A DNA stretch of 64,000 nucleotides from a virus (taxonomy: Duplodnaviria > Caudoviricetes), in the IMG/VR virus record IMGVR_UViG_3300016471_000834, positions 1-64,000 of that record; one strand, 5' to 3'. The translations under genes and the position numbers were made by a program. Numbering within the stretch: position 1 is the first letter of the stretch; each line of letters opens with the position of its first letter. Below, one piece after another: positions 8,554 through 17,651 of the stretch. The notes below the pieces were generated by a model. That model had not been told where the DNA came from, ran no database searches, and saw nothing but the letters and a program-made list of their open reading frames with translations.

Positions 8554-11500
8554 GCGTCCCCCATGGAGAGTTTCGCGGAGGCCGGCACGCCGGATGCCCG
8601 CAGTTTCCCGGTGATCAGGGCCATCTCACCCGCCAGGATGCCCCATCGAGCCAACAAATCCGCCAATGATGGCTCACCCTGGGGCTTCTGCTGGGTCTGT
8701 TGTTGAGCGCGAGCTGCCTGCTGCATACGCAGGCGCACCTGGCGGGCGACATCGCGGAGGTGTTCGTCGGTGGCCTGGCCCAGGTACCGAGGCGTCTGCC
8801 CGGGCTCCTGGTACCAGATCGCTTCCGTCTGATCAGGAAGCACGTATAGCTGCACGAGCTCGGGATTCACTTCCTCGTGTGATTGCCCGGGCTCCACGGG
8901 CTCAGATGATGTCGTCTTCTGCGCTTCATCCAATTGCTGATGCAGTTTCTGGTTCTGATAGGTCAGATCTCGAGCTGTGGTCTCCAGGTCTTCAATGGTG
9001 CCCTGGAACTTCCGGACATCGTTCTCGAGGTCCTCAATAAGGCGTCGCTGACGTCCAATCGTCTCGTCCCTGTCAGCGACGCTGTTTCTCTGCTGCTCGA
9101 TGGTCTTCAGCGCTTCCTGCATGGTGCGGTAGATCACGTCAAAGGCCTCTGCCAGGTCTTCCACCTTTTCCTGCTTGGTAATCTCAAGCAGCTTCAGCAA
9201 AAACTCTTCCTGCGCACCGTTGTGAATGGCCGCCTGCGTCAACTTGGCGAGTAGATCCTTGCTGCGAGCAATCTCCTCATTGAGCTGTTCGGACAACTCC
9301 CCCGTCGCCTCTTCCACCTGCGTCTCAAGCCATCCCTCAACCTCGTCGACGCTGACGAGGGTCTGAAGGATGGAGTCCGGACGCTCGAAATCGAGCTTCA
9401 CGATCTGGTCTCGAGCCCATTCAGCCTCTGTTGCCGTCATCGAGCTCCCAGGGCAGGCGAGCACATCAATGTGGGCACCCTGCTCTTCCTCCGACATGCG
9501 ATGGAAGGATTGCACACCGAAGGGGTGAAGCAGGAACTGCCATGCTTTCTCACCCCGCGGGGTCAAGCCCTGGAGGGTGCGACACATGGGACAGAAATGC
9601 TCAGGCGGGCCGTCTACTGGCGCCGGCGCAAGAGGCGCTCGCCCTTCGATCTGAGCCTTGCGCTCCTCAATGGCCTTCTCGATGTCCTTCCGGCGACGAG
9701 GCTGCTCTTGAGCAACCTCAAGTGCACATGTCAGCCATGCCACGTTCTCGCAGGTCCGAATCATCGTTGAAGCTGCCGGGCGTTTGGCAGCAAGAACCGC
9801 ATAGGCAAAGCCGACCCTGTCCACCTCGGCCTGTTTCTCGACTCCAAAGGCCTTGGCGCCATCGATCACTGCCTGGGTAACACAGTCCGCGCAGAACTGA
9901 AGTCCATCCCCGCCATCATGGAAGGAATCTTGTCCATCTACAGGCTTCAGGCAAATCCTGCAGTTGATAGACTCTCCCTCCGCCCGCTTCCGAATCGGCA
10001 GTTGGGGCAGCTCATTCCATATCGGGATAGGTGGCATCGGGCTGGCAGTCTGCACAGTCGAGCCCTCGATCACTGCCTGCACAGTCCGATCCTCGCCCGG
10101 CACAGCCATGTCCCACTGTACAGGCTCAGGCTCGAGTGAGGCCCCGACGGGTTCGGATGGCCGATCCGGAGGCAACATGGACGCCAAAGAAGGCGCGTCA
10201 TCCTCCCAGGCTTTCTCAGCGTCTTTGGCGGCGGTGTCGAGCACTTCAAGCCGCTCTCGAAGCAGCTCGAGAATGCCATGCGAGTGCAGATGACGCTCCC
10301 TGTTGGCCAGCACAATCTCCAGTGCTTCGCGATCCAGGCCTTCGATCTCGGCCCGCGCCTCTTCAGGCTGCATGTGCCAGAGCCTGTTGTAGCGCTGCTG
10401 CCGGGCGATGTTGTTCACCGTGAGGTAGCAGCCACACTTCATTACGTCGCCCATGCGAGCTGAGACAGCCTCAGCTGCCTGGGTATCGTTGTGCTCGAGG
10501 ATGACCTTCAGCGCCTTGTTCAGGCGCTCATCGTCGTTGGCCGTGTGTACCAACTGGATATCCCCGGCTGCCAGCGCCTCATACAGCGGCAGCTCACGTG
10601 TGGCAGGCTCCGGAGCGACCTCTGCAGGAGGCTTCAGCGCTGCTTGACGCTCATGAAGCGATGCGGTCAGAACGCCCGTGACAGGCCCCCATGGACTGCC
10701 GTTGGAGAGCTGCTGGAGAGCTGCCTCACATTCCTCTGCCGTGGCCAGGCCAATGGCTGCCTGAACATCCGCAAACTCGCTATCGGTGCTCGCCAGCAGC
10801 TCCGCCAGCGTCTTCGGAGTGGCCCCTTTCGGCTCGATGGCATTCACCACCGGCAGAGCCTTGGGCTCGAGCGTGCGTCGACGCGCCTTTAGCCGCTCAA
10901 TGATCGACACCCGGTGACGTTCCATCGGGATATCAGGACGAGATTCCCATGCCACCATGACATCAAGCAACGGCAGTTCCTCAGGCGTCAATGCCGTAAT
11001 GATGGGGCCACATGTCCTGTACGTGGAGTCGGCGAGCTCTTTGAGTCGAGGGAATGCCATGGTGGCCCGAACCGGAAAATGCTGGCCGAGCCACTGCCGC
11101 ATGACATCATCCGGGTCATCCTTCTTCTTCCGGCGAGCCCGAGTTGCTGCCCCTTCGATGTGATCAAAGGTCTTCGCATCTGCCTCTACCCGTTGAGTGC
11201 CCATGTCAACAGTCGCGGTGTGGAACGGGGATGGCCGCTCCTCGACCCGACTGCTCTGCTTCTCTGGCCAGTCCAAAACAGCTTTCCGCGTCAGCTCATC
11301 CAGCTCGCCAGCCAGCAGCCACTCCTTGAACTCCGGCCACCCGCCTCCGGACTGATTAAGCAGCGTATCAGTATCGATGGGCAGCACCTCCGCCGTGTTG
11401 CTGGCCCCAATCCCTTTCAGCAGGTCAAACCATCGCTGGCCTGGATTGGGTGGCGTCTCCTCGATCTCTGCGGACTTGATGGGGTCGGGAGGGGCGGCCT

Positions 11501-11876
11501 TCTGCGGCGGTGCGGAGAAGAGCGTCGGCTGTGCAGCAGGTGGCTTTGCCTGTGCCCGGCTGTGCGCCAGCATGATGGCCGACGTGATGGCGTTACGAGG
11601 GTCAAGGTCCGTGAGCAGGCTCTGCTCGCTTCGCGAAAGCTCTCCAATCTGGTCTCCCAGATCAGCGATGTCAGCTCCAACCATTCGGATCACCCGGCCT
11701 GTGGGCGCGAGTTCTTCGAGCTGATGGGAAGCGTCAATGGCTCGCTTGGTGCCGCGGGCTGGGCCTCGAAGCACTTTGCCAACGCCACCAGTGAAGTGTA
11801 AAACGGTACCTGCGCCAGGTCCAGAAACGATACGGTAGATCGCGTCCTCCCGCGCTTCTGTTCCGAGAATGGGCAT
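8550..11876 (-). CDS. Large (~1108 aa) hypothetical protein with helical repeats, Zn-finger-like motifs and coiled coil
   Basis: Long ORF with AGGAGG RBS before ATG 11876; first gene after an AT-rich promoter region. Confidence 0.75.
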   Translation of the reverse strand: MPILGTEAREDAIYRIVSGPGAGTVLHFTGGVGKVLRGPARGTKRAIDASHQLEELAPTGRVIRMVGADIADLGDQIGELSRSEQSLLTDLDPRNAITSAIMLAHSRAQAKPPAAQPTLFSAPPQKAAPPDPIKSAEIEETPPNPGQRWFDLLKGIGASNTAEVLPIDTDTLLNQSGGGWPEFKEWLLAGELDELTRKAVLDWPEKQSSRVEERPSPFHTATVDMGTQRVEADAKTFDHIEGAATRARRKKKDDPDDVMRQWLGQHFPVRATMAFPRLKELADSTYRTCGPIITALTPEELPLLDVMVAWESRPDIPMERHRVSIIERLKARRRTLEPKALPVVNAIEPKGATPKTLAELLASTDSEFADVQAAIGLATAEECEAALQQLSNGSPWGPVTGVLTASLHERQAALKPPAEVAPEPATRELPLYEALAAGDIQLVHTANDDERLNKALKVILEHNDTQAAEAVSARMGDVMKCGCYLTVNNIARQQRYNRLWHMQPEEARAEIEGLDREALEIVLANRERHLHSHGILELLRERLEVLDTAAKDAEKAWEDDAPSLASMLPPDRPSEPVGASLEPEPVQWDMAVPGEDRTVQAVIEGSTVQTASPMPPIPIWNELPQLPIRKRAEGESINCRICLKPVDGQDSFHDGGDGLQFCADCVTQAVIDGAKAFGVEKQAEVDRVGFAYAVLAAKRPAASTMIRTCENVAWLTCALEVAQEQPRRRKDIEKAIEERKAQIEGRAPLAPAPVDGPPEHFCPMCRTLQGLTPRGEKAWQFLLHPFGVQSFHRMSEEEQGAHIDVLACPGSSMTATEAEWARDQIVKLDFERPDSILQTLVSVDEVEGWLETQVEEATGELSEQLNEEIARSKDLLAKLTQAAIHNGAQEEFLLKLLEITKQEKVEDLAEAFDVIYRTMQEALKTIEQQRNSVADRDETIGRQRRLIEDLENDVRKFQGTIEDLETTARDLTYQNQKLHQQLDEAQKTTSSEPVEPGQSHEEVNPELVQLYVLPDQTEAIWYQEPGQTPRYLGQATDEHLRDVARQVRLRMQQAARAQQQTQQKPQGEPSLADLLARWGILAGEMALITGKLRASGVPASAKLSMGDA

Positions 11877-11922
11877 AGCCCCTCCTAAAAAGTGCAAATG
11901 AAGTAAAACAAGGTACAGAGGG

Positions 11923-11947
11923 ATTATAGCATGATATTAGGCTAATA
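11923..11947 (-). promoter_or_regulatory. Extended -10 promoter (TGc-TATAAT) with overlapping 13-bp palindrome
   Basis: Minus strand TATTAGCCTAATAtcaTGcTATAAT in an AT-rich intergenic gap; no consensus -35. Confidence 0.65.
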
Positions 11948-12071
11948 CCACTGTTTTTGATAAATGGCGTGAATTTTTCTCTCTGGGCGCTCTGGCGGGG
12001 ATTCCAATAGAGGATGGCGTTGATAAAGGCAAATTGGTGTCACAGATGATGGAGTACGGCACTGCAGGGCA

Positions 12072-12350
12072 TTATCGTTTCACTCCTTCCCAGACCAGCA
12101 TATTCTGCATACCGCTCGTGGAGACTGCCCAGATCTCGTTGGTCGGGCAGGCTTCCGCAAAAGGTTCCTCATAACCAGGATCACATCGCACGAGTTGTGC
12201 TGCAGTATCTCCCAGAAGCACCCGGGCCGTCCCTTGATGCTGAATACGAAGGAACACCCGACGACTATCCTCCGCGCACAGTCTCACGGGGTCCGTGCCC
12301 ACAGGGATGACCGCCGGAGTTCTGAGCGTCATTTGCTGCACAGTCTTCAT
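12072..12350 (-). CDS. Small beta-rich hypothetical protein
   Basis: GGGAGG RBS before ATG 12350. Confidence 0.6.
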   Translation of the reverse strand: MKTVQQMTLRTPAVIPVGTDPVRLCAEDSRRVFLRIQHQGTARVLLGDTAAQLVRCDPGYEEPFAEACPTNEIWAVSTSGMQNMLVWEGVKR

Positions 12351-12364
12351 GATCACATCCTCCC

Positions 12365-13303
12365 TCAATAGTAGATGCTCGCGCTGATATCCTTGCTGGA
12401 ACCACTCGTGTTGGTAATCGTAGTTCCAGTCGAAGACGTTGTCGCTGTGTAGTCCGTGCCAATGCGGAGGTGTGTTTTCGTTTGTTCCCCGGCAAAATCG
12501 GTTGCCGGGGGCGTGTAGCTCGATCCAGTATATCTCGCTGTTCCTACGGTCATCCTGAAGCGTCTCACGCGACCATCTAAATACTCTGTTGAGACACTCG
12601 ATGGACGTCCAAAAACCATCGCAGATGATGGGTTTAGGATGCTTGCGCTGGATGTCTGCGTGAAGACCTTGCTGCCATTTAAATAGCCATAGAAGCTATT
12701 GCCCGATCGCACGAGTGCGACCTGATACGTGGTAGCGGTGGCGATGGATGTCGATAATGCTACGTCATTCAGCACGTCACGATTGGTACTCGATCCGGCG
12801 AAACAGAGTAGTGTGGATCCATTCATAACAAACGCCCAAGCGTATAGTTCACCTGGGCCAGCGTGATTGACGATGTGGTGTGCCCCAGAGACTGTATCGA
12901 CGCGAAAGTCGAATTCGATGGTGAAGTCACTGGCCCCGAGAGTGTAGCTTGCATCGTCAGGGAACGTTAGGTAGTCGTTGGTTCCGTCTAACTCCAGCCA
13001 TCCAGCAGATATAGCAGCACCATTATTTGGTGTACCAGTCTGTCCTGTGTCAGCGTTGACGCTGGTCGCCCAGTTGGCCACCAACGTCCCGCTCAGAGTT
13101 GTTTGGATAGAGGCCACCTCAACGATTGGGACAGTCGTTGGTGCTCCATGAGAGATGGTTGTACTGGCTCCATCGGCCAATGTGATGGTTCCACTTGAAG
13201 CTCTTGCCAGGGTTGAAATGACCTTGACGTCAATGAGACCCTGGTGCTGAGGAACACATGCGACCAGAAGGCTCAGAAGCAATACGTTGAGACATCGAAG
13301 CAT
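12365..13303 (-). CDS. LamG/concanavalin-A-like domain protein with lipoprotein-like signal peptide
   Basis: LELDGTNDYLTFPD...DFTIEFDFR...YQVALVRSGNSFYGYLNG...YLDGRVRRFRMT; N-terminus MLRCLNVLLLSLLVAC. Confidence 0.8.
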   Translation of the reverse strand: MLRCLNVLLLSLLVACVPQHQGLIDVKVISTLARASSGTITLADGASTTISHGAPTTVPIVEVASIQTTLSGTLVANWATSVNADTGQTGTPNNGAAISAGWLELDGTNDYLTFPDDASYTLGASDFTIEFDFRVDTVSGAHHIVNHAGPGELYAWAFVMNGSTLLCFAGSSTNRDVLNDVALSTSIATATTYQVALVRSGNSFYGYLNGSKVFTQTSSASILNPSSAMVFGRPSSVSTEYLDGRVRRFRMTVGTARYTGSSYTPPATDFAGEQTKTHLRIGTDYTATTSSTGTTITNTSGSSKDISASIYY

Positions 13304-13314
13304 AGATACTCCCT

Positions 13315-13354
13315 AAAAAGGAAAAGGCGCACACACCGAAGTGCATACGCCTTT
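13315..13354 (-). terminator. Rho-independent terminator ending the tail operon
   Basis: AAAGGCG-TATGCAC-TTCG-GTGTGTG-CGCCTTTT-CCTTTTT on the minus strand; cUUCGg loop. Confidence 0.75.
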
Positions 13355-13376
13355 CGCCTGCCGTCACTGGACGAAA

Positions 13377-14237
13377 TTATCCCAGGTACTCACCATAAAG
13401 CGACACGGAATCATTTGGCTGAGCCGCACCATAGGTGATGGTCGCCCCGGACACGCTGAATGTGTTGTATGCGTTGTTGGTCCCGCCGGTACGGTTGATG
13501 TATTTCTGGCCTTCACCAGCAGTAATCTGGACGGACTTCTCCATCCCTGTAGCGCAGGCCGGGCTGAGAGTGTCGGTGGTCTGTCCGGTTCGGCTGCCCT
13601 CGAAGATCTGGGGCGCAAAGGCCAGATCAACAGCCGCCACAGATGCGTCATCGATTTCGGATGACCCGACCGCATCGGCACCGATGGCAGCGGCGTCCAC
13701 AACCCCTGTACCGAACATGTCGGAGGCGTTGATGCTGCCGACTCCGATTGAGGCATTGGGGGCCTCGCTCATGGGGGGCAGGCCTTCAAACTCGTCGGCA
13801 TCTGCGAGCTGCTCACGCTCGACATACTCGACGTAGAAGTCCTGTGACATGGAATACGGAGTGGCGCCTGAGGAGAATGGACCCGTGAAAAAATACAGCT
13901 TCTTCGTGGCCTCATCCGTCAACATGGCCCACACACGCCGCCCGCTGGACATGATGGGCTTCATTTCGGTGGACCAGACCTGGAGTTGCAGACCCTTCTT
14001 CTCGGACACACTGGCGTTGAAGGACGCCCCGGGCTTGGAGGTATCCGTGTCGAACTGGCTCGTATTGGCCGTGCCAGAAGTCGCAGCGATAATGCCTGGG
14101 GTGGTACTGGCCGCAACGGTGGTGTACGAACCGGCTCCGGGATCATACGCCATGTTATTGGCTGATGGATTGTTAAGAATACTGGACAACTTCCGGTTGG
14201 CATAATACTTGCCAACAACACGCGCTGAAATCGGCAT
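13377..14237 (-). CDS. Probable virion fibre/accessory structural protein
   Basis: S/T/G/A-rich; short repeats AIGADAVGSSEIDDASVAAVDLA typical of fibres. Confidence 0.55.
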   Translation of the reverse strand: MPISARVVGKYYANRKLSSILNNPSANNMAYDPGAGSYTTVAASTTPGIIAATSGTANTSQFDTDTSKPGASFNASVSEKKGLQLQVWSTEMKPIMSSGRRVWAMLTDEATKKLYFFTGPFSSGATPYSMSQDFYVEYVEREQLADADEFEGLPPMSEAPNASIGVGSINASDMFGTGVVDAAAIGADAVGSSEIDDASVAAVDLAFAPQIFEGSRTGQTTDTLSPACATGMEKSVQITAGEGQKYINRTGGTNNAYNTFSVSGATITYGAAQPNDSVSLYGEYLG

Positions 14238-14266
14238 GGTCTACCTCTGTGGAGATGTGAACGTAG

Positions 14267-14509
14267 TTAATACCACTCGACAACGACCTGAACGCCCACT
14301 GACAACGGCTCCGTCAAGGTAAGAATGGAGCCATCAACAGTGTAATCGCCTGCTTCCTGGAAGAGGTCTTCCCCCCTTCCAAGGTTTACTCGAGCGATTC
14401 TGGACGGGGGGCCAGATAACTCGAATTCCGACTGACCCTGTGTCGATGTGAAAAGGTCCCGTTCTGGTTCGGTATTTCCTCCTCCATCCGACCCAGTATA
14501 TCGTCTCAT
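14267..14509 (-). CDS. Small Ig-like tail-associated module protein (80 aa)
   Basis: FTSTQGQSEFEL...DYTVDGSILTLTEPLSVGVQVVVEWY; GGGAG RBS before ATG 14509. Confidence 0.6.
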   Translation of the reverse strand: MRRYTGSDGGGNTEPERDLFTSTQGQSEFELSGPPSRIARVNLGRGEDLFQEAGDYTVDGSILTLTEPLSVGVQVVVEWY

Positions 14510-14628
14510 CGTTTTCTCCCCGTTCATACCATGATCTTTTTTCCCACAGTCTATATGGACCAATTTCGATGTCAACATGATCCATCACGAGCATGTAAAG
14601 GCTCGCATTATGGGCAGTCCGTTTTTCC

Positions 14629-14751
14629 CTATGGGGTCTGCGTGCAGTAAACAAGATCAACTTCAGACCCCGCCTCTGGATAGTAGTGCGTTGCGATCAG
14701 AACTGTGGCGAACATAATCAATGCCAGCAGGACTCGCAAGCCATACCTCAT
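14629..14751 (-). CDS. 40-aa membrane/signal peptide ORF (not in ORF track)
   Basis: MRYGLRVLLALIMFATVLIATHYYPEAGSEVDLVYCTQTP; ATG overlaps the fibre stop (ATGA). Confidence 0.4.
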   Translation of the reverse strand: MRYGLRVLLALIMFATVLIATHYYPEAGSEVDLVYCTQTP

Positions 14752-16499
14752 CCGATTGCGATTGCCACCCTTGCACCTCGCAGGCTCGCCTGTCCGGTGC
14801 TGTTATCGTTGAGTTCAACTCGAATCCAATAAACCTTGTCCATGCTACCTGAGATGGAGAGTCCGGTCGAACTGGCCACCAGGTCTCCCGTTGATGCCGC
14901 ACATGCGCACGTAGCATGTACAGTCGTCGCCGCCCCGTAAGCGTTGTCCCAGTCCTTGCTGTGAAGTTTCGCCTCGATCACCTGTCCGGAGGATGTCTTA
15001 TTCCCAGCCAAATAGACCTCAATGATCTTTTCTCCCTCTTGCAGCTCAATGCTGCGTGAGTGAAGATAACGTGAGGTGTTATCTGGTGAACTGCCACCAA
15101 AGTCGCCAATGTTCCCATTCGTGCCCATCGTCCACTCTTCATACGAGCTGGACGCCTTGGTCGAAATAGGAACGAAATCCATCGGGCCCAGGTTCACCCA
15201 CCGAGTGCGGAGAAGCCTTCCGTCAGCTCGGACTGCCAGCGCCGTGGCGTTCGCCAGGTTCTTGAAAATGAGCACATGGTCTGCATCTGCTCCGCCGTCA
15301 ACGATGCGTACGGCCTCAGCTGAGCCAAAGGCCCCTGTCAGCGCCTTTATCTGTGTGGTGGTCTCGAGGGCGCCCCACACTTTCATTTTGACTGTACCAG
15401 CAGCAGCGGTATTTTTCACGTCAACTGTGCTTAAAACACTCGCTTTATAGGCGTCGATTACAAAAGCAGAACCTGCGAGGTTCAGGAGGCTGATCTCTGC
15501 CGTTTGCACTCGGGTGGGTGCGCGTAACTCCGGGACCTGAGTGTAGTCGCCCCTGACCTGCAGATAATTGGTCCCCCCTGCGGTATGCAACCGTACGTGG
15601 GTCTGCGAGCTGGCGTCACTCGCATGGGTGGTAATGTCAATTTTGACCTGCCCAGAGTTGTCAGGAATGACCGTCATCGCGCGGTGACTGCCTGTGTCTC
15701 TGTGCTCGACGAGGAATGCGGAGATGTAATCACCGATGGACTCCAGGAGAACCTGGGAGCTGTTGTCAAAGACTTGGTTGATGCTGGTCCCGAACTGGAT
15801 GTAATTCGCGTCCGCCGCCATGCTCGAGGTCTTCACCGTGGGGCCCTTGATGAAGACCTTGTAATCGCTCGCGGTCGTGCTCGGAGTGGTCTGTCCAAGG
15901 TATCCGTTGACAGTGACCTTGACGGCACCGCTCGTGTAGGTGGCCGTGCCTGTGAAGATGGCGGCACTCGAGCCCGTCACGGGAGTTGCCAACCAGACCG
16001 TCACGGGCCTCGAGACAGAGCCACTGGTCCAGCCGGCACAGGCGACAGTCGTGAGGGTCAGCACGAGGTTGTTGCCGTTGACAACCACCGCATCAGGCTG
16101 CCCCAACTCCCCGATGTCCTCGATGTAGGTCCGATAGTATGGCAGTCCATCTGTGCCTGTGCGGACGACAGTCGGGACGAGGTTGGATCGGGCCGCGATG
16201 TAATAGGTCACGCCCCCTGTATTGGGATAGGGCACGTTGTTCCAGCCGCTCCCGCTCGAGGCCGAGAGTCGTTCCCCATTGCCGTTCCAGCCGGCCCAAG
16301 GGGATGTGGCCAGGGAAAACGTCAAGGTGGACATGGTGAAGCTCACCCTCGTCCCACCAAGCACGCCGCCGCCGCCCCACACATCCCCGCCCAACAGCCG
16401 CTGCTGCTCGGTAAGTCGATCGTCCAAGTTGTCGCTGAAGTCCTGCAGGCTCAGCAGACCCGCCACGGGAAGGTTGCTCTTGCTCTGTCCAGTTGCCAT
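14748..16499 (-). CDS. Tail fibre / baseplate-attached fibre protein
   Basis: Follows the gpI-like gene; beta-rich; carries the shared LGQ..ST..DY domain. Confidence 0.7.
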   Translation of the reverse strand: MATGQSKSNLPVAGLLSLQDFSDNLDDRLTEQQRLLGGDVWGGGGVLGGTRVSFTMSTLTFSLATSPWAGWNGNGERLSASSGSGWNNVPYPNTGGVTYYIAARSNLVPTVVRTGTDGLPYYRTYIEDIGELGQPDAVVVNGNNLVLTLTTVACAGWTSGSVSRPVTVWLATPVTGSSAAIFTGTATYTSGAVKVTVNGYLGQTTPSTTASDYKVFIKGPTVKTSSMAADANYIQFGTSINQVFDNSSQVLLESIGDYISAFLVEHRDTGSHRAMTVIPDNSGQVKIDITTHASDASSQTHVRLHTAGGTNYLQVRGDYTQVPELRAPTRVQTAEISLLNLAGSAFVIDAYKASVLSTVDVKNTAAAGTVKMKVWGALETTTQIKALTGAFGSAEAVRIVDGGADADHVLIFKNLANATALAVRADGRLLRTRWVNLGPMDFVPISTKASSSYEEWTMGTNGNIGDFGGSSPDNTSRYLHSRSIELQEGEKIIEVYLAGNKTSSGQVIEAKLHSKDWDNAYGAATTVHATCACAASTGDLVASSTGLSISGSMDKVYWIRVELNDNSTGQASLRGARVAIAIG

Positions 16500-16508
16500 C
16501 GTTCTCCC

Positions 16509-17642
16509 CTATGGATTCGGCCCGACCCGGGTCGGTGCAGTCCCGTCCGGGTAGATGATGGCCGTGCTCAGAGATGCAATGTTGTCTGTTCCCAATCGGG
16601 CAACCCAACCCAGCGCTCCCGCTGTCAGTCGTGAGCTGCCAACGTCCAGATAAGTCAACACTTCCGTCGCTTCGAGAAACACTCGAATCTCTGTGGTGGA
16701 TGAGTAGCTGTAGATCTCCATCCGCCACAGATATGGATAGGCAGCGGCAATACTCACTGGCACCGCAGAAACCAGCGTTGTATTGGCCGCGGACTTGCGA
16801 CGAACAAGCGCCACTGTGCGAGCGTCACCATCGATCTGCACAGAGTAATAGTTGCTACTGTCCGTGTAGTACAGTAGCACATCTACCAGACCTGTCACTC
16901 CGAGTCGAAGCCAGGCCAGATAATTGGTCCAAGTCGCCTCAATTCCGCCAAGATTCGCCACCCATTGGTAGTAGTCGGTCGCTGTAATCTCGGCGCGTTC
17001 GGCATCGTAACGCCCGGTCCCGGTACCACTGCCCGTCCATAGCGCTGTGCCTGAGAGGCCATCATCCACCATCCAGGCCCTGAGCACATTGTAGCGCTCG
17101 TTGTACGGTCGGACCACATTCAGCATTGCGTGTAGGAGGTCGGCGTTCACCGAGCCGTCAGGGTCCCCATACCAGACATCCATGACGTTCTCAGGGTGGT
17201 CGTAGTTTGAACTCTCCTCACCGCTTTCATAGGGAAGGATGACGATCTCCCCTGTGTGATTCTCAATGGCCCGGCGATAGAACCAGTCCAAGAGCACCAC
17301 ACGCGATCGGGCGATGGCTGCCGCCAGCACGCGCACAGCGTCATTTCGTCCCTTCTTTTTCCAGGTCGGGATGGCGATCTGGATCAGTCGCCTCAATTCG
17401 TCAGTCGACGCGATGTTTGCTGGGGCGAGATCGAGCCCCATGCCAACAAGGGCCGCCAAGTGCGGTACGAGTTCATCGGGGCAGTTGGCAGGGTCCAGGA
17501 GCCACGGCAACCGGTCCTTGCGCAGCTCGAGGTATACCTCCATTGCTGCGAGAGGTCCGACCAGACCCCGTAGCGCCTGCTCGCTGTCGTCCGTCCTCAT
17601 GTAGCCGGGCAGGTAGCCCAGCAATTCATCCATCCGCCCCAT
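16509..17642 (-). CDS. Baseplate wedge protein (P2 gpI-like) with C-terminal lectin-like beta-sandwich
   Basis: LLDPANCPDELVPHLAALVG...LIQIAIPTWKKKG typical of gpI. Confidence 0.8.
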   Translation of the reverse strand: MGRMDELLGYLPGYMRTDDSEQALRGLVGPLAAMEVYLELRKDRLPWLLDPANCPDELVPHLAALVGMGLDLAPANIASTDELRRLIQIAIPTWKKKGRNDAVRVLAAAIARSRVVLLDWFYRRAIENHTGEIVILPYESGEESSNYDHPENVMDVWYGDPDGSVNADLLHAMLNVVRPYNERYNVLRAWMVDDGLSGTALWTGSGTGTGRYDAERAEITATDYYQWVANLGGIEATWTNYLAWLRLGVTGLVDVLLYYTDSSNYYSVQIDGDARTVALVRRKSAANTTLVSAVPVSIAAAYPYLWRMEIYSYSSTTEIRVFLEATEVLTYLDVGSSRLTAGALGWVARLGTDNIASLSTAIIYPDGTAPTRVGPNP

Positions 17643-17651
17643 GATCCCCCC

